Shown: positions 10,643-20,098, numbered from the stretch's first letter. The stretch is DNA of 64,000 nt from Gemmatimonadota bacterium (GCA_965116475.1 OZ220691.1:64001-128000); one strand, 5' to 3'. A program made the numbers and translations. The notes: generated by a model from the sequence alone, not told the origin.

Positions 10643-11619
10643 CCGCCGACCTGACTCAGCGCCGCGAGCCCGCCGCTCCCGGCCGCCGTGCCCAACTCCA
10701 GGTAATGGCGCTTCGGCTTTCCGGCGAGCGCCTCCGCCACTGCGCCCTCGATGCGGCCCGTTTCGCGCAGCGGGCCCTTCAGGTCGACCTCGTGGTCGCC
10801 GAACAGGCATGTCCGCAGCTTGCCGTCCGCCGTCAGGCGCATGCGGTTGCAGCGTTCGCAGTAGTTGTGGGAGAGCGGCGTGATCGCACCCACCGTCCCG
10901 GCGCCGCCCGGGAAGCGGTAGTACACGGCGGGCCCGTTGCCCCGCGGTCCGGAGTCGGGCAGCAGGTCCCCGATCGCGCGGATCCTGTCGAGTACTTCGT
11001 CCGTCGAGATGAAGCGGTCGGTGAGGTGCAGGTTCTCCCCCACCGGCATGAGTTCGATGAAGCGCACGTGCCACGGGCGCTCGCGCGTGATCTCGGCGAA
11101 GTCGGCGACCTCATGGTCGTTGAGGCCCCGCATGATGACGCAGTTGATCTTGATCGGCGCGAACCCCGCCTCCTCGGCGGCCTGAAGGCCCTCCATCGTT
11201 TCGTCGAAGCGCCGCGCCGGCCGCCGGGCGATCTCCTCGAAGCGGTCCCGGTCGAGCGTGTCGAGGCTGACGTTCACGCGCGCGATCCCCGCCTCACGGA
11301 GAGCGGTCGCGAAACGCGGCAGGAGGATGGCGTTCGTGGAGAGCGAGATGTCCTCGACGCCCGGAACCGCGGCGATCATGCGCACCAGGTCCGGCAGGTC
11401 CTTGCGGACGAGCGGTTCCCCGCCCGTGATCCGGACCCGCTCCAACCCGAGCGCGGCCATCTGGCGTACGATCTCGGCAATCTCCTCGTACGCGAGCATC
11501 TCCGGCTTGGGGATCCAGGCGAGCCCCTCCTCCGGCATGCAGTACGTGCAGCGCAGATTGCATCGATCCGTGACCGAGATCCGAAGATACCGGATATTGC
11601 GGCCGAACTGATCTCTCAT
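10639..11619 (-). CDS. moaA: GTP 3',8-cyclase
   Basis: YLRISVTDRCNLRCTYC, TGGEPL, CERCNRMRLTADGKLRTC and C-terminal GG. Confidence 0.97.
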   Translation of the reverse strand: MRDQFGRNIRYLRISVTDRCNLRCTYCMPEEGLAWIPKPEMLAYEEIAEIVRQMAALGLERVRITGGEPLVRKDLPDLVRMIAAVPGVEDISLSTNAILLPRFATALREAGIARVNVSLDTLDRDRFEEIARRPARRFDETMEGLQAAEEAGFAPIKINCVIMRGLNDHEVADFAEITRERPWHVRFIELMPVGENLHLTDRFISTDEVLDRIRAIGDLLPDSGPRGNGPAVYYRFPGGAGTVGAITPLSHNYCERCNRMRLTADGKLRTCLFGDHEVDLKGPLRETGRIEGAVAEALAGKPKRHYLELGTAAGSGGLAALSQVGG

Positions 11620-11677
11620 GGCACCGGTCGTGAGGGTTTCCCGGGAAGCTCGTCGCCCTCCGGGCCGGGAGCGGCGA

Positions 11678-11724
11678 GTGGCGGGACTCCGCGCGGCCGT
11701 GCGGCTGCGCGGAGTCCTCGCCAC
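11678..11724 (-). terminator. GC-rich hairpin downstream of the small ORF
   Basis: GTGGCG-GGACTCCGCGC...GCGCGGAGTCC-TCGCCAC inverted repeat, 6 nt past the sORF stop. There is no clear U-tract. Confidence 0.55.
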
Positions 11725-11730
11725 CGACGG

Positions 11731-11853
11731 CTAGCTGATCGCCGTCACATCCTCCTGCATCATCATGTTGTCATCGTCGTCGCCACAGTCCCCGGCAAAC
11801 GAGACCGTCGCGATCATCGCGACGACCAGCAGGTTGCGGACCATCTTCAACAT
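11731..11853 (-). CDS. Small secreted or lipoprotein-like peptide (40 aa)
   Basis: MLKMVRNLLVVAMIATVSFAGDCGDDDDNMMMQEDVTAIS. Strong GGAGGAGG Shine-Dalgarno, signal-peptide-like N-terminus and a downstream hairpin. Confidence 0.65.
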   Translation of the reverse strand: MLKMVRNLLVVAMIATVSFAGDCGDDDDNMMMQEDVTAIS

Positions 11854-11932
11854 CGCGTCCTCCTCCGTTTGGGCGTCCGCGCCCGAGGCCGGCTGCCCCG
11901 GCAACCATCGGACCGCCCGTGACCAGACTTCC

Positions 11933-12421
11933 CTACTCGAATCGTGCGCCGGTTGAAGCCCCGGCCTCCCCGGTCGGGGCGCCCACCCAGTGCGATTCGC
12001 CGTTCTCGTAGTGCTCGTGCTTCCAGATCGGCAATCTGACCTTGATCGTTTCGATAATCCACCGCGACGCCCGGTAGCCATCGTCACGGTGTGCCGACGT
12101 GACCGCGATCGCCACGCTCACCTCCCCCAGCGCGAGGTCGCCCACGCGATGGGCCGCGGCGACGGAACCCACATCGAACCGCTCCAGCGCCTCGCGGCAG
12201 ATGGCCGACAGCTCCCGCTCCGCCATCTCCCCGTACGCCTCGTAGGCGAGACGCGACACCGCCCGACCGCGGTTCGTACGGCGGACGCGCCCCTGAAAGA
12301 AGAGCAGCGCGCCGTCCGCGACGGACCCGATCTCCCGTACAATATCCTCAAACTGCGCAAAATCGTCCAGACTCTCGCGGGTGATCCACGTCCGGACGCA
12401 GTCGTTCGACCCCTGCGACAC
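11933..12421 (-). CDS. moaE: Molybdopterin synthase catalytic subunit
   Basis: GALLFFQGRVR, L.YEAY..MA, HRVG.L..GE, HR and IK..LPIWKHE. Confidence 0.93.
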   Translation of the reverse strand: MSQGSNDCVRTWITRESLDDFAQFEDIVREIGSVADGALLFFQGRVRRTNRGRAVSRLAYEAYGEMAERELSAICREALERFDVGSVAAAHRVGDLALGEVSVAIAVTSAHRDDGYRASRWIIETIKVRLPIWKHEHYENGESHWVGAPTGEAGASTGARFE

Positions 12422-12425
12422 CGGC

Positions 12426-12692
12426 TCAGCCGCCCGCGACGGGAGGTATGAGCGCCACCTCGTCCCCATCGGACAGGACCGTGCCGGCCTCCGCGTAACT
12501 CTGGTTGACGGCGACGACGACCCGCTCCGGGAGCCAGTCGAGCCCCCCCGGACCGCGCAGGGCTTCGACGAGGTCCGCCACCGTGCTGTCCGCCGCGAGC
12601 TCCGCCGACCCCTCCCGTCGCGCGGCGAGTTCACCGTACACGCCGAAGAACAGCGTGCGAACCGAGATCCGGTCCACTGCGTCTGCGTCCAT
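12426..12692 (-). CDS. moaD: Molybdopterin synthase sulfur-carrier subunit
   Basis: VAVNQSY..L.DGDEVALIPPVAGG with the C-terminal GG. Confidence 0.93.
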   Translation of the reverse strand: MDADAVDRISVRTLFFGVYGELAARREGSAELAADSTVADLVEALRGPGGLDWLPERVVVAVNQSYAEAGTVLSDGDEVALIPPVAGG

Positions 12693-12967
12693 TACGGGCG
12701 CGCGTTCGCCAGCGCGAGGTAGGCGAGAAGCCGCGGCACAATCCCTTCTTCGCGCAGCGTCGTCACCCGGACCCGCGTTCCGGCAGGCCCCTCGGGATCC
12801 GGGAAGGCGGCGACCGAGAGGTTGCCGCGGAACGTGCAGAACGCGATGTGCGTATCGCTCTCGGTGTCGACCCAGGCGTCCACCATCCGGTCGTCCCCGA
12901 GGAAGAAGTCTCGCGTGGCGGCCAGCACATCCGCCGGGGCCAGCGCGCTTACGGTCTCTGTCGTCAT
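12692..12967 (-). CDS. Hypothetical protein (91 aa)
   Basis: GGAGAG Shine-Dalgarno, TAATG coupling to moaD and protein-like composition. Confidence 0.7.
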   Translation of the reverse strand: MTTETVSALAPADVLAATRDFFLGDDRMVDAWVDTESDTHIAFCTFRGNLSVAAFPDPEGPAGTRVRVTTLREEGIVPRLLAYLALANARP

Positions 12968-13063
12968 GGACTCTCCCCGCGTACCATCCAGCAGCCGAGA
13001 AGATAGGGGCGCAGCAGCCCTCTCTCAAACCCAACCGATCCGTTTCGACAAGAGCGCGCCACC

Positions 13064-14236
13064 GTGCCCCTTACGCAGTTTTCTCCGAACGTCGCCCAAC
13101 TGGAGGCATCGGCCACGCTGGTGCTGGCCGCCCGCGCCCGGAAGCTGAGGGCGGCGGGAGTCCCGGTCGTGGACCTTTCGGCCGGCGAGCCACAGTACCC
13201 CGCACCGCCGTTCGCGGCACGCGCCGGAATCCGGGCCGTCGAGGAGGGGAAGACGGGATATCCTCCCACGTCCGGGCTGCCCGAACTGCGCCAGGCGATC
13301 GCACGCTATCTGCGCGAGACGACAGCCGCCGAGGCGGTGGATGCGGACTCGGTGATCGTGAGCGCGGGCGTGAAGCAGTCGCTGTTCAACTGCTGCTACG
13401 CCCTGTTCGGCGCCGGCGAGGAAGTGCTTGTGCCCTCCCCCTTCTGGCCGAGCTACACGACGATCGTCCGGCTCGCGGGGGCGGAACCGGTCATCGTGGA
13501 GACGACGTGGGAAGGCGGGTTCGTGCCGACGGTCGAGGATCTCGAAGCCGCCCGCACGGCGCGGACGCGGGGGCTGATGCTCAACAGCCCGGGAAACCCG
13601 ACCGGCGCGGTCATCCCGCCCGATCTCCTGCGCCGGATCCTCGCGTGGGCGGACCGGCACGGGATCTGGGTGCTCTCCGACGAGATCTACCGCCGGCTCG
13701 CCTACGGGGCCCCGGCGCCTTCCGTGTTCGACCTTCCGGAGCGCGGGGAGAGGGCGATCCTGCTCGACGGCGTCTCGAAGGCGTTCTGCATGCCGGGGTT
13801 CCGCATCGGGTACGCCGTGGGGCCGCGCGATGTCGTCCGGAAGATGGCCGACCTGCAGGGACAGACGACCTCCGGCGCCGTCGGCCCCTCGCAGCACGCC
13901 GCCGCGGCCGCGCTCGGCGAGAGCGCTCCCCGCGAGGCGTTCGTCGCGGACCTCCTGTCCAGGCTCTCCGAACTCAGGGAACGGGGGCTGTCGAGATTCG
14001 CGGAGATCGACGGGATCGAGGCGTTTGCGCCGGACGGCGCCCTGTATTTCTACGCACGGCTCACCGGCGGCGGAGGCGCGTCGCTCGATGTCGCCGAGCG
14101 GCTGCTGGCCGACGCGCAGGTGGCGTGCATGCCCGGGGAGCCGTTCGGCTCTCCGGGGCACCTGCGCTTCAACTTCGCCGTGGAGCGGGAAGTCCTGGAG
14201 GAGGGACTGGAACGGATCGCCGGCTTCTTCGGCTGA
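13064..14236 (+). CDS. PLP-dependent class I/II aminotransferase (aspartate aminotransferase-like)
   Basis: LSAGEP, NSPGNPTG, DEIY and SKAFCMPGFRIGY. Confidence 0.93.
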   Translation: MPLTQFSPNVAQLEASATLVLAARARKLRAAGVPVVDLSAGEPQYPAPPFAARAGIRAVEEGKTGYPPTSGLPELRQAIARYLRETTAAEAVDADSVIVSAGVKQSLFNCCYALFGAGEEVLVPSPFWPSYTTIVRLAGAEPVIVETTWEGGFVPTVEDLEAARTARTRGLMLNSPGNPTGAVIPPDLLRRILAWADRHGIWVLSDEIYRRLAYGAPAPSVFDLPERGERAILLDGVSKAFCMPGFRIGYAVGPRDVVRKMADLQGQTTSGAVGPSQHAAAAALGESAPREAFVADLLSRLSELRERGLSRFAEIDGIEAFAPDGALYFYARLTGGGGASLDVAERLLADAQVACMPGEPFGSPGHLRFNFAVEREVLEEGLERIAGFFG

Positions 14237-14261
14237 CCCGCCCGCCCTGCCTCACGCTCTT

Positions 14262-14555
14262 CTAGTCCGCGAGGCTCGACGCCACCTCGTCGCGCAGCAG
14301 ACGCGAGGGCTTGAAGACGGGCACCTTCCGCGGCGGCACGCGCACGGGATCTCCCGTGCGGGGATTGCGGGCCATGCGGGTCCGGCGTTCCCGGACCTTG
14401 AAGGTGCCGAAGCCGCGAATCTCGATGTGGTTGCCCTGTACGACGGCTCCTTTGACGGCGTTCAGAAACGCGTTGACCACCGCGGCACAGTCCCTCTTCG
14501 TCACGCCGGGACCGATGGCCTCGTGGACCTGTTCGATGAGATCCGCCTTCGTCAT
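14262..14555 (-). CDS. HU/IHF family DNA-binding protein
   Basis: MTKADLI, IEIRGFGTF, ARNPRTG and VPVFKPS. Confidence 0.95.
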   Translation of the reverse strand: MTKADLIEQVHEAIGPGVTKRDCAAVVNAFLNAVKGAVVQGNHIEIRGFGTFKVRERRTRMARNPRTGDPVRVPPRKVPVFKPSRLLRDEVASSLAD

Positions 14556-14618
14556 CTCCCTCTCCTCCGAGCGTTTAGCAACCGTTGGATGCAGCGTTCC
14601 GCTCCTGGATGGGAGCGA

Positions 14619-15518
14619 CTATCTCAGTTCAAAGAGGAGTCTCGGCGCGCCCGGGCGCAGGGGTGCCAAAGACCCGATCCACGCCCGCGCATCGCCGAGG
14701 CTCAACCCGCCGAGGAGGTCGAGCAGGCCGATGGTCGGTTCGCGCGGCCTGACCACTCTCGGATCCCCTCCCAGACCCGCCATCCGGCCCGCGAGTTCGA
14801 TGGTTTCGGGCAGCGTCATCAGACCGTCGACGAGGCCGAGTTCGTTCGCCTGCCGGCCCGTGAAGATGCGGCCGTCCGCCAGTCCGCGAACGGTCTCCCG
14901 GTCCAGGTTCCGGTTCTCGGACACCACCTCGACGAACTGCTCATGCACATCGCTCACGAGTTCCTCGAGGAACTCGCGGTCCTCCGGAGAAAGGGCGCGC
15001 CCGTAACCGCCCAGATCCTTGTGCTCCGCGCTCGCGACGACTTCCCAGTCGACCCCGACCTTGCGGAACAGCTCCTCAGCGTTGGGGAATTCCATGATGA
15101 CGCCGATGGAGCCCGTCATCGTGCCGGGCAGCGCGTACACGCTGTCCGCCCCGACGGCGGCGTAGTATCCCCCTGAAGCTCCCACGTCGCCCATCCAGGC
15201 GAGGACGGGGCGGTCGTCGTCGTCGCGCAGACCGCGGATGGCTTCGAAGATGCTCTGCGAGGCTCCGACGGTGCCTCCCGGGGACTCGATCTCGATCACG
15301 AATGCGCGCACGGCGGGGTCTTCGCGAAAACCGTCGAGGGCCTTCGTGAACGCCGCTTCGTCCGCGATCACGCCCCGCAGCGGGATGACCGCGACCCGTC
15401 CCCCCGCGAGAAACGACGTATTCCCCACCGTCAACCAGATGGAGAGAATCGCGCCCACGCCGAAGACGCCGAATAGCGCCAGGAGGGCGATCACCGTGTT
15501 TCGCTTGTCGTAGGTCAC
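14619..15518 (-). CDS. sppA: Signal peptide peptidase SppA (short type)
   Basis: IESPGG, GASGGYY, TGSIGV and DGRIFTGRQA, with an N-terminal TM anchor. Confidence 0.93.
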   Translation of the reverse strand: MTYDKRNTVIALLALFGVFGVGAILSIWLTVGNTSFLAGGRVAVIPLRGVIADEAAFTKALDGFREDPAVRAFVIEIESPGGTVGASQSIFEAIRGLRDDDDRPVLAWMGDVGASGGYYAAVGADSVYALPGTMTGSIGVIMEFPNAEELFRKVGVDWEVVASAEHKDLGGYGRALSPEDREFLEELVSDVHEQFVEVVSENRNLDRETVRGLADGRIFTGRQANELGLVDGLMTLPETIELAGRMAGLGGDPRVVRPREPTIGLLDLLGGLSLGDARAWIGSLAPLRPGAPRLLFELR

Positions 15519-15621
15519 GTCGCGCCGCGGTCCGTGAGTGAGGGTCCGTGGGCGGAAGCCCGACGCAACCTAGACAACATGTCGTCAACGTACAACGGAT
15601 TGTGCACGGGATCGCGCACGG

Positions 15622-16758
15622 TCAACCCGGGGCGGGGCTTGCGGCACTTTGCATCGTCTCGACGAAGCGGTTGAACAGATACCGGCTGTCGTGGGGTCCC
15701 GGAGCCGATTCCGGATGGTACTGCACCGCGAACACCGGCCGCTCCCGGTGGACCAGCCCTTCGACCGTGCCGTCGTTCAGATTTCGGTGCGTGATCTCGA
15801 GATCGTCGCCGCCCTCGATCCGTCCGTTCTTTTCGAGCACGGAAAAGCCGTGATTCTGGGAGGTGATCTCCACGGCGCCCGTGGCTTCGTTGAGCACGGG
15901 ATGATTCCCGCCCCGGTGCCCGTACGGCAGCTTGTAGTTGGTGCCCCCGAAGGCCCGCGCGATGAGCTGGTGTCCGAGGCAGATGCCGAACAGCGGGACG
16001 CCGGCGTCGCTCAGCGTGCGGATGCGCTCGACCGCACCCGGCACGGCCTCCGGATCGCCGGGTCCGTTCGAGACGAAGACGCCGTTCGGGCGGGCGGAGA
16101 GCAGCGCCTCAGCGTCCGTGTCGCACGGGACGACGCGCACCCGATATCCCTCGCGACGGAACAGGTCGAGGCTGCGCGTCTTCACACCGTAGTCGAGGCA
16201 GAGGACGAGGCCGCGTTCGGCCGACCCGTCGAGGGGGGCGAGTTCGTACGGTTCGGGCGTCGAGACGGCGGTCGCGAGGTCGCGGCCGGACATCTCCGGC
16301 TCGGCGGCCAGGCGCTCCGCGGCCCGCTCCGGCGCCACCCCGTCGTGCGCCATGACCGCCCGCATCGCGCCCGCATCGCGGATATGGCGCGTCAGCGCGC
16401 GCGTGTCCGCGCCGACGAGCGTCGGAATCCCGTGCGAGGCGAGGTACTCGGGCAGGGTGGAATCGGCCGGCCCGGACCCGATCTCGTGCGACAGGTGCCT
16501 TACGACGAAGCCCGCGACCCATGGCCGCCGCGACTGAACGTCGGGATCGCGGATGCCGTACACTCCCTGCATGGGCGCCGTCATGACGACGATCTGCGCG
16601 GCGAAGGAAGGATCCGTGAGCACCTCGTGATAGCCCGTCATCACCGTCGTGAAGACGGCTTCGCCGGCGGTTTCGGTCTCGAGGCCCACGTAGGCGCCGC
16701 CGAAGCGGCGGCCATCTTCGAGCAGCAGGTATCCGGGGCGTGCTTGCGTCTCGCTCAA
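15622..16758 (-). CDS. carA: Carbamoyl-phosphate synthase small subunit
   Basis: LLLEDG, GE.VF.T.MTGY, SNGPGDP, GICLGHQ and VQYHPE. The start is approximate. Confidence 0.96.
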   Translation of the reverse strand: MSETQARPGYLLLEDGRRFGGAYVGLETETAGEAVFTTVMTGYHEVLTDPSFAAQIVVMTAPMQGVYGIRDPDVQSRRPWVAGFVVRHLSHEIGSGPADSTLPEYLASHGIPTLVGADTRALTRHIRDAGAMRAVMAHDGVAPERAAERLAAEPEMSGRDLATAVSTPEPYELAPLDGSAERGLVLCLDYGVKTRSLDLFRREGYRVRVVPCDTDAEALLSARPNGVFVSNGPGDPEAVPGAVERIRTLSDAGVPLFGICLGHQLIARAFGGTNYKLPYGHRGGNHPVLNEATGAVEITSQNHGFSVLEKNGRIEGGDDLEITHRNLNDGTVEGLVHRERPVFAVQYHPESAPGPHDSRYLFNRFVETMQSAASPAPG

Positions 16759-16850
16759 GGGGCGCGTCCAATGTGGCGGTTGAAGGTGCGGGCACCCGGG
16801 CATCGGCTCGCGGCCCGCGTGCCCGGCGAACCCAAGCCGCGGGAGGCGCG

Positions 16851-17501
16851 TTGACCACCGACTCCGAACCCGGGCGGGAGAGCGGAACCGATGCCCCGCT
16901 CGTTCATATTTTCGCCGACGAGTCCTGCCTCGGCAACCAGTTCGAGAATCGTCGGAATCCGGGGGCGGCCGCCGGTCTCATCGAGCGGTTCGACGAGCGC
17001 CGCGGGTGGTATCGGCGGGACTTCGCCCACTTCGATCCGGATACGACGAACAACCGGATGGCCATCGTCTCCGGGATCGTCGGGCTGGGCGCCCTGCGCC
17101 GGGCGTGCCGCGTCGTCTTCACGAGCGACAGCCAGTACCTCGTCCGCGGAATGAAGGAGTGGGTGCACGGCTGGGCCCGCCGGGGCTGGCGCCGGAAGGG
17201 CGGGCCGATCGAGAACCTCGATCTCTGGCGGGAACTCGTGCGGGCCGCCGCGCGCCACCGCATCGAGTGGCGCTGGACCCGGGGACACGCCGACGACGTG
17301 AAGAACGCCTACGCGGACCACCTGGCGGTGACGGCGGCGCGGGAACGGCTCGGGACCGACGGACTCGTCCCGTCCGGGTTCGAGAGCTGGCTCGCGGAGG
17401 CTCAGGAGAAGGAGCGGTACGTCGAGTTTCTGGACCTGCCCAGCGACGCGTTCGCCGAGGATCCCCGCCCCCCTGTCGGCGACGAGGCAGAACGCGACTG
17501 A
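16851..17501 (+). CDS. rnhA: Ribonuclease HI (atypical acidic triad arrangement)
   Basis: ADESCLGN, TTNNRM, SDSQY, N.DLW, W.RGH and N..AD.LA. GGAGG Shine-Dalgarno before the TTG. Confidence 0.9.
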   Translation: MTTDSEPGRESGTDAPLVHIFADESCLGNQFENRRNPGAAAGLIERFDERRGWYRRDFAHFDPDTTNNRMAIVSGIVGLGALRRACRVVFTSDSQYLVRGMKEWVHGWARRGWRRKGGPIENLDLWRELVRAAARHRIEWRWTRGHADDVKNAYADHLAVTAARERLGTDGLVPSGFESWLAEAQEKERYVEFLDLPSDAFAEDPRPPVGDEAERD

Positions 17502-17515
17502 CGAGCGGTGAGCGG

Positions 17516-17995
17516 TTACGGGCCGGAGTTCCCGCTTCCCGAGTCGGGATCGCCGCTTCCGGAGCCCGGGTCCCCTTCCTCTCCCTCCGTCCCGTCGGGC
17601 ACCGCGGCGCCCTCCTCGGACCCGGGAGCGGCGGCTTCGTCGGACGGAGCTGCGCCTTCCCCGGGCTCGGGGGAGATCTCCAGGAGCGAAGCCGGCGCTT
17701 CGGGGAGGCTTTGCTGGCCGGGAAGCCCCTGACGCAGGATCGATTCGGGCGCCGTGTCCGGACGCGAGGAGAGCACGGTCAGCACGAGCGCGAGGAAGAG
17801 GAAGCTCCCCCCGCCGTACCAGCTCGCCTTCGTCAGCGCGTTGGCCGCCTGGCGTCCTCCCATGAAGGAGTCCGTGGAGGAGGAGGCTCCGCCGAAGGAG
17901 GCGGCGAGCCCGCCGCCCTTCGCGGACTGGAGAAGGATCATCACGCACAGCACGAGCGCGATCAGCGATATCAATACGATCAGGAACGTGAACAT
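17516..17995 (-). CDS. secG: Preprotein translocase subunit SecG with an acidic tail
   Basis: ILLQSAKGGGLAASFGG, L.K.. second TM helix, and position downstream of tpiA. Confidence 0.93.
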   Translation of the reverse strand: MFTFLIVLISLIALVLCVMILLQSAKGGGLAASFGGASSSTDSFMGGRQAANALTKASWYGGGSFLFLALVLTVLSSRPDTAPESILRQGLPGQQSLPEAPASLLEISPEPGEGAAPSDEAAAPGSEEGAAVPDGTEGEEGDPGSGSGDPDSGSGNSGP

Positions 17996-18102
17996 CGTCT
18001 ACCTGCCATGGTTGAATCGGGCGGCCGACAGCCCGTGGGGCAGCAGGGCCTTGCCACGGGTCAAGCTAGAGCGGCTGGCGAGATGGGGCCAGTTTTCCGG
18101 GG

Positions 18103-18867
18103 TTACCGGCCCGCCGAGCAGATCGCGGCCCAGCTGTCGGGATCGAGGCTCGCGCCGCCGACGAGCACGCCGTCCACCCCCGGGGCGGCGAGGAGCGCCT
18201 CGATGTTCGATGGCTTGACGCTCCCGCCGTAGAGGATCGCGGCCCGCTCGGCGTCGCACCCCTCCTCCCGCGCCAGTCGGTCGCGGACGATGGCGTGGGC
18301 TTCCGCGGCATCGGCGGGGCTCGCCGTACGTCCGGTACCGATCGCCCACACGGGCTCGTAGGCGTAGGCGAGCCGGCCCCGGCCCTCGCGGTCGAGCGGG
18401 CGGAGGGCTTCCCGGATCTGCGTTCCGAGCACTGACGCGAGCCGTCCGGCCTCGCGCTCCTCGAGGGTTTCGCCGACGCACAGGACGGGCCGGAGTCCGC
18501 CCTCGAGCAGGCGAACCAGCTTGCGTCCCACGTCCCTATCGGTGTCGCCGAACTCGCGCCGGCGTTCCGAGTGGCCCGCGAGCCCCCAGGTGGCGCCGGT
18601 CGCCGGGACCATGGCGGCCGAGATGCCGCTCGTGTGCGCGCCCTCGACCTCGGTGTGCACATCCTGCACGCCGCACTCGAGGTCCGGGCGACCGGAGGCC
18701 GCGGCGGAAAAGGCCGCCAGGCTGATGGCGGGCGGGAACACGACGACCGTCGCGTCGTCGCGCGGACTGTGGCGCGCCGTGAAGCGCTCCAGGAACGCCC
18801 CGGTCTCCGCGGGGCCGTGGCACATCTTCCAGTTCGCGGCGAACACCGGGGTGCGCAGCTGACTCAC
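18103..18867 (-). CDS. tpiA: Triosephosphate isomerase
   Basis: ANWKM, GHSERR, AYEPVWAIGTG, LYGGSV and LVGGAS. Confidence 0.97.
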   Translation of the reverse strand: MSQLRTPVFAANWKMCHGPAETGAFLERFTARHSPRDDATVVVFPPAISLAAFSAAASGRPDLECGVQDVHTEVEGAHTSGISAAMVPATGATWGLAGHSERRREFGDTDRDVGRKLVRLLEGGLRPVLCVGETLEEREAGRLASVLGTQIREALRPLDREGRGRLAYAYEPVWAIGTGRTASPADAAEAHAIVRDRLAREEGCDAERAAILYGGSVKPSNIEALLAAPGVDGVLVGGASLDPDSWAAICSAGR

Positions 18868-20060
18868 GGCCGCCTCCTTTCGGCGAGAGCGTCGAGGCCG
18901 GGCAAGCGCCCGCTCGACAGGTATTCGAGGGCTGCTCCGCCCCCGGTGCAGACATGCGATACGCGGCCCTGCAACCCGGCGCGGCGAACGGCGGCCGCGG
19001 AGTCGCCGCCTCCGATGACCGTGAAGGCGCCGGCCGCCGTCGCTTCCGCGGCGGCTTCCGCGATGGCGAACGTGCCCGCCGCGAACCTCGGGTCCTCGAA
19101 CAGGCCCATGGGACCGTTCCAGAAGAGGGCGGCGCAGCCGCTCAACGCCTCGGCGTAGCGGGCGCGAGACTCGGGCCCGATGTCCAGGACGGCCATCCCC
19201 GGCCTGATCAAGTCGACGCTGACGGTCTCGACGCTCTCCCCTTCGCCGTTCGACCGGTCCAGGACCATCGCGTCCGTCGGCAGCCGGATCCGTTCCTCGG
19301 CCGCGGACAGGATCGACCTGGCGAGATCGAGCGCCGCCTCCTCGACGAGCGAGGTTCCGGTCTCGAACCCCTGTGCACGGAGGAAGGTATTCGCCATGGC
19401 GCCGCCCACGAGGATCAGATCGGCGCGGGCCGCGAAGCGGCGCATGAGTTCGATCTTGTCGCCGATCTTGGCCCCTCCGAAAGCAACGACGAACGGGCGG
19501 CGCGGCTCCTCGAGCGCGCCCAGCGCCTCGAGTTCGCGCTCGACGAGCAATCCCGCCGCGGAAGGCTTCAGGAGAGCGGGCACGCCCGCCGTAGAGGCGT
19601 GCGCGCGGTGCAGCGTGCCGAAGGCATCGTTGACGAAGAAGTCGCCGAGCCGGGCGAGGCGGCCGGCGAGGGCATCATCGTTCGCCGTCTCCCCGGGCAG
19701 GAAGCGCGTGTTCTCCGCGAGGAGCACCTGCCCGACCTTCAGCTCGAGGCTGGCGCGGCGCGCGTCCTCTCCGTCGCAGGGGGCGACAAAGAGGACCTCG
19801 GCCCCGAGCAGACCGGTGAGCACGGAGGCCACGGGCGCCAGCGACAGCGCGGGGTTCGGCTGCCCGCCCGGGCGGCCGAGATGCGAGAGCAGCACCGGCC
19901 GCGCATCGTGCCGGAGCAACCATCGGAGCGTCGGCAGCGACGCCTCGATGCGCGTCGCGTCCGCCACCCGCCCGGCGTCGAGCGGGACGTTGTAGTCCAG
20001 CCGCACGAGGGCCCGCTTCCCGGCCAGGTCGGCCGGGAGGTCACGCAGGGTCCTGGTCAC
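18864..20060 (-). CDS. pgk: Phosphoglycerate kinase
   Basis: R.DYNVP, SHLGRP, NDAFGT.HRAHAS, WNGPMG.FE and GGGDS. Confidence 0.97.
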   Translation of the reverse strand: MTRTLRDLPADLAGKRALVRLDYNVPLDAGRVADATRIEASLPTLRWLLRHDARPVLLSHLGRPGGQPNPALSLAPVASVLTGLLGAEVLFVAPCDGEDARRASLELKVGQVLLAENTRFLPGETANDDALAGRLARLGDFFVNDAFGTLHRAHASTAGVPALLKPSAAGLLVERELEALGALEEPRRPFVVAFGGAKIGDKIELMRRFAARADLILVGGAMANTFLRAQGFETGTSLVEEAALDLARSILSAAEERIRLPTDAMVLDRSNGEGESVETVSVDLIRPGMAVLDIGPESRARYAEALSGCAALFWNGPMGLFEDPRFAAGTFAIAEAAAEATAAGAFTVIGGGDSAAAVRRAGLQGRVSHVCTGGGAALEYLSSGRLPGLDALAERRRP

Positions 20061-20098
20061 GGGCGACGGGCCCGGGGCGCTGGCCGTCCGCCGGACTG

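Noticed and set aside
11620-11730. Possible Moco riboswitch upstream of moaA
   Set aside because: Only one simple hairpin is evident, and it is positioned as the sORF terminator. I could not match the multi-stem Moco RNA motif. An Infernal/Rfam search would settle it.
10639-11853. Small peptide next to a radical SAM enzyme as a RiPP system
   Set aside because: The radical SAM protein has all the MoaA hallmarks, including the C-terminal GG, and sits with moaD/moaE. No RRE, peptidase or transporter is nearby.
15622-16758. carA without an adjacent carB
   Set aside because: Split carA/carB loci are common and not informative without the rest of the genome.
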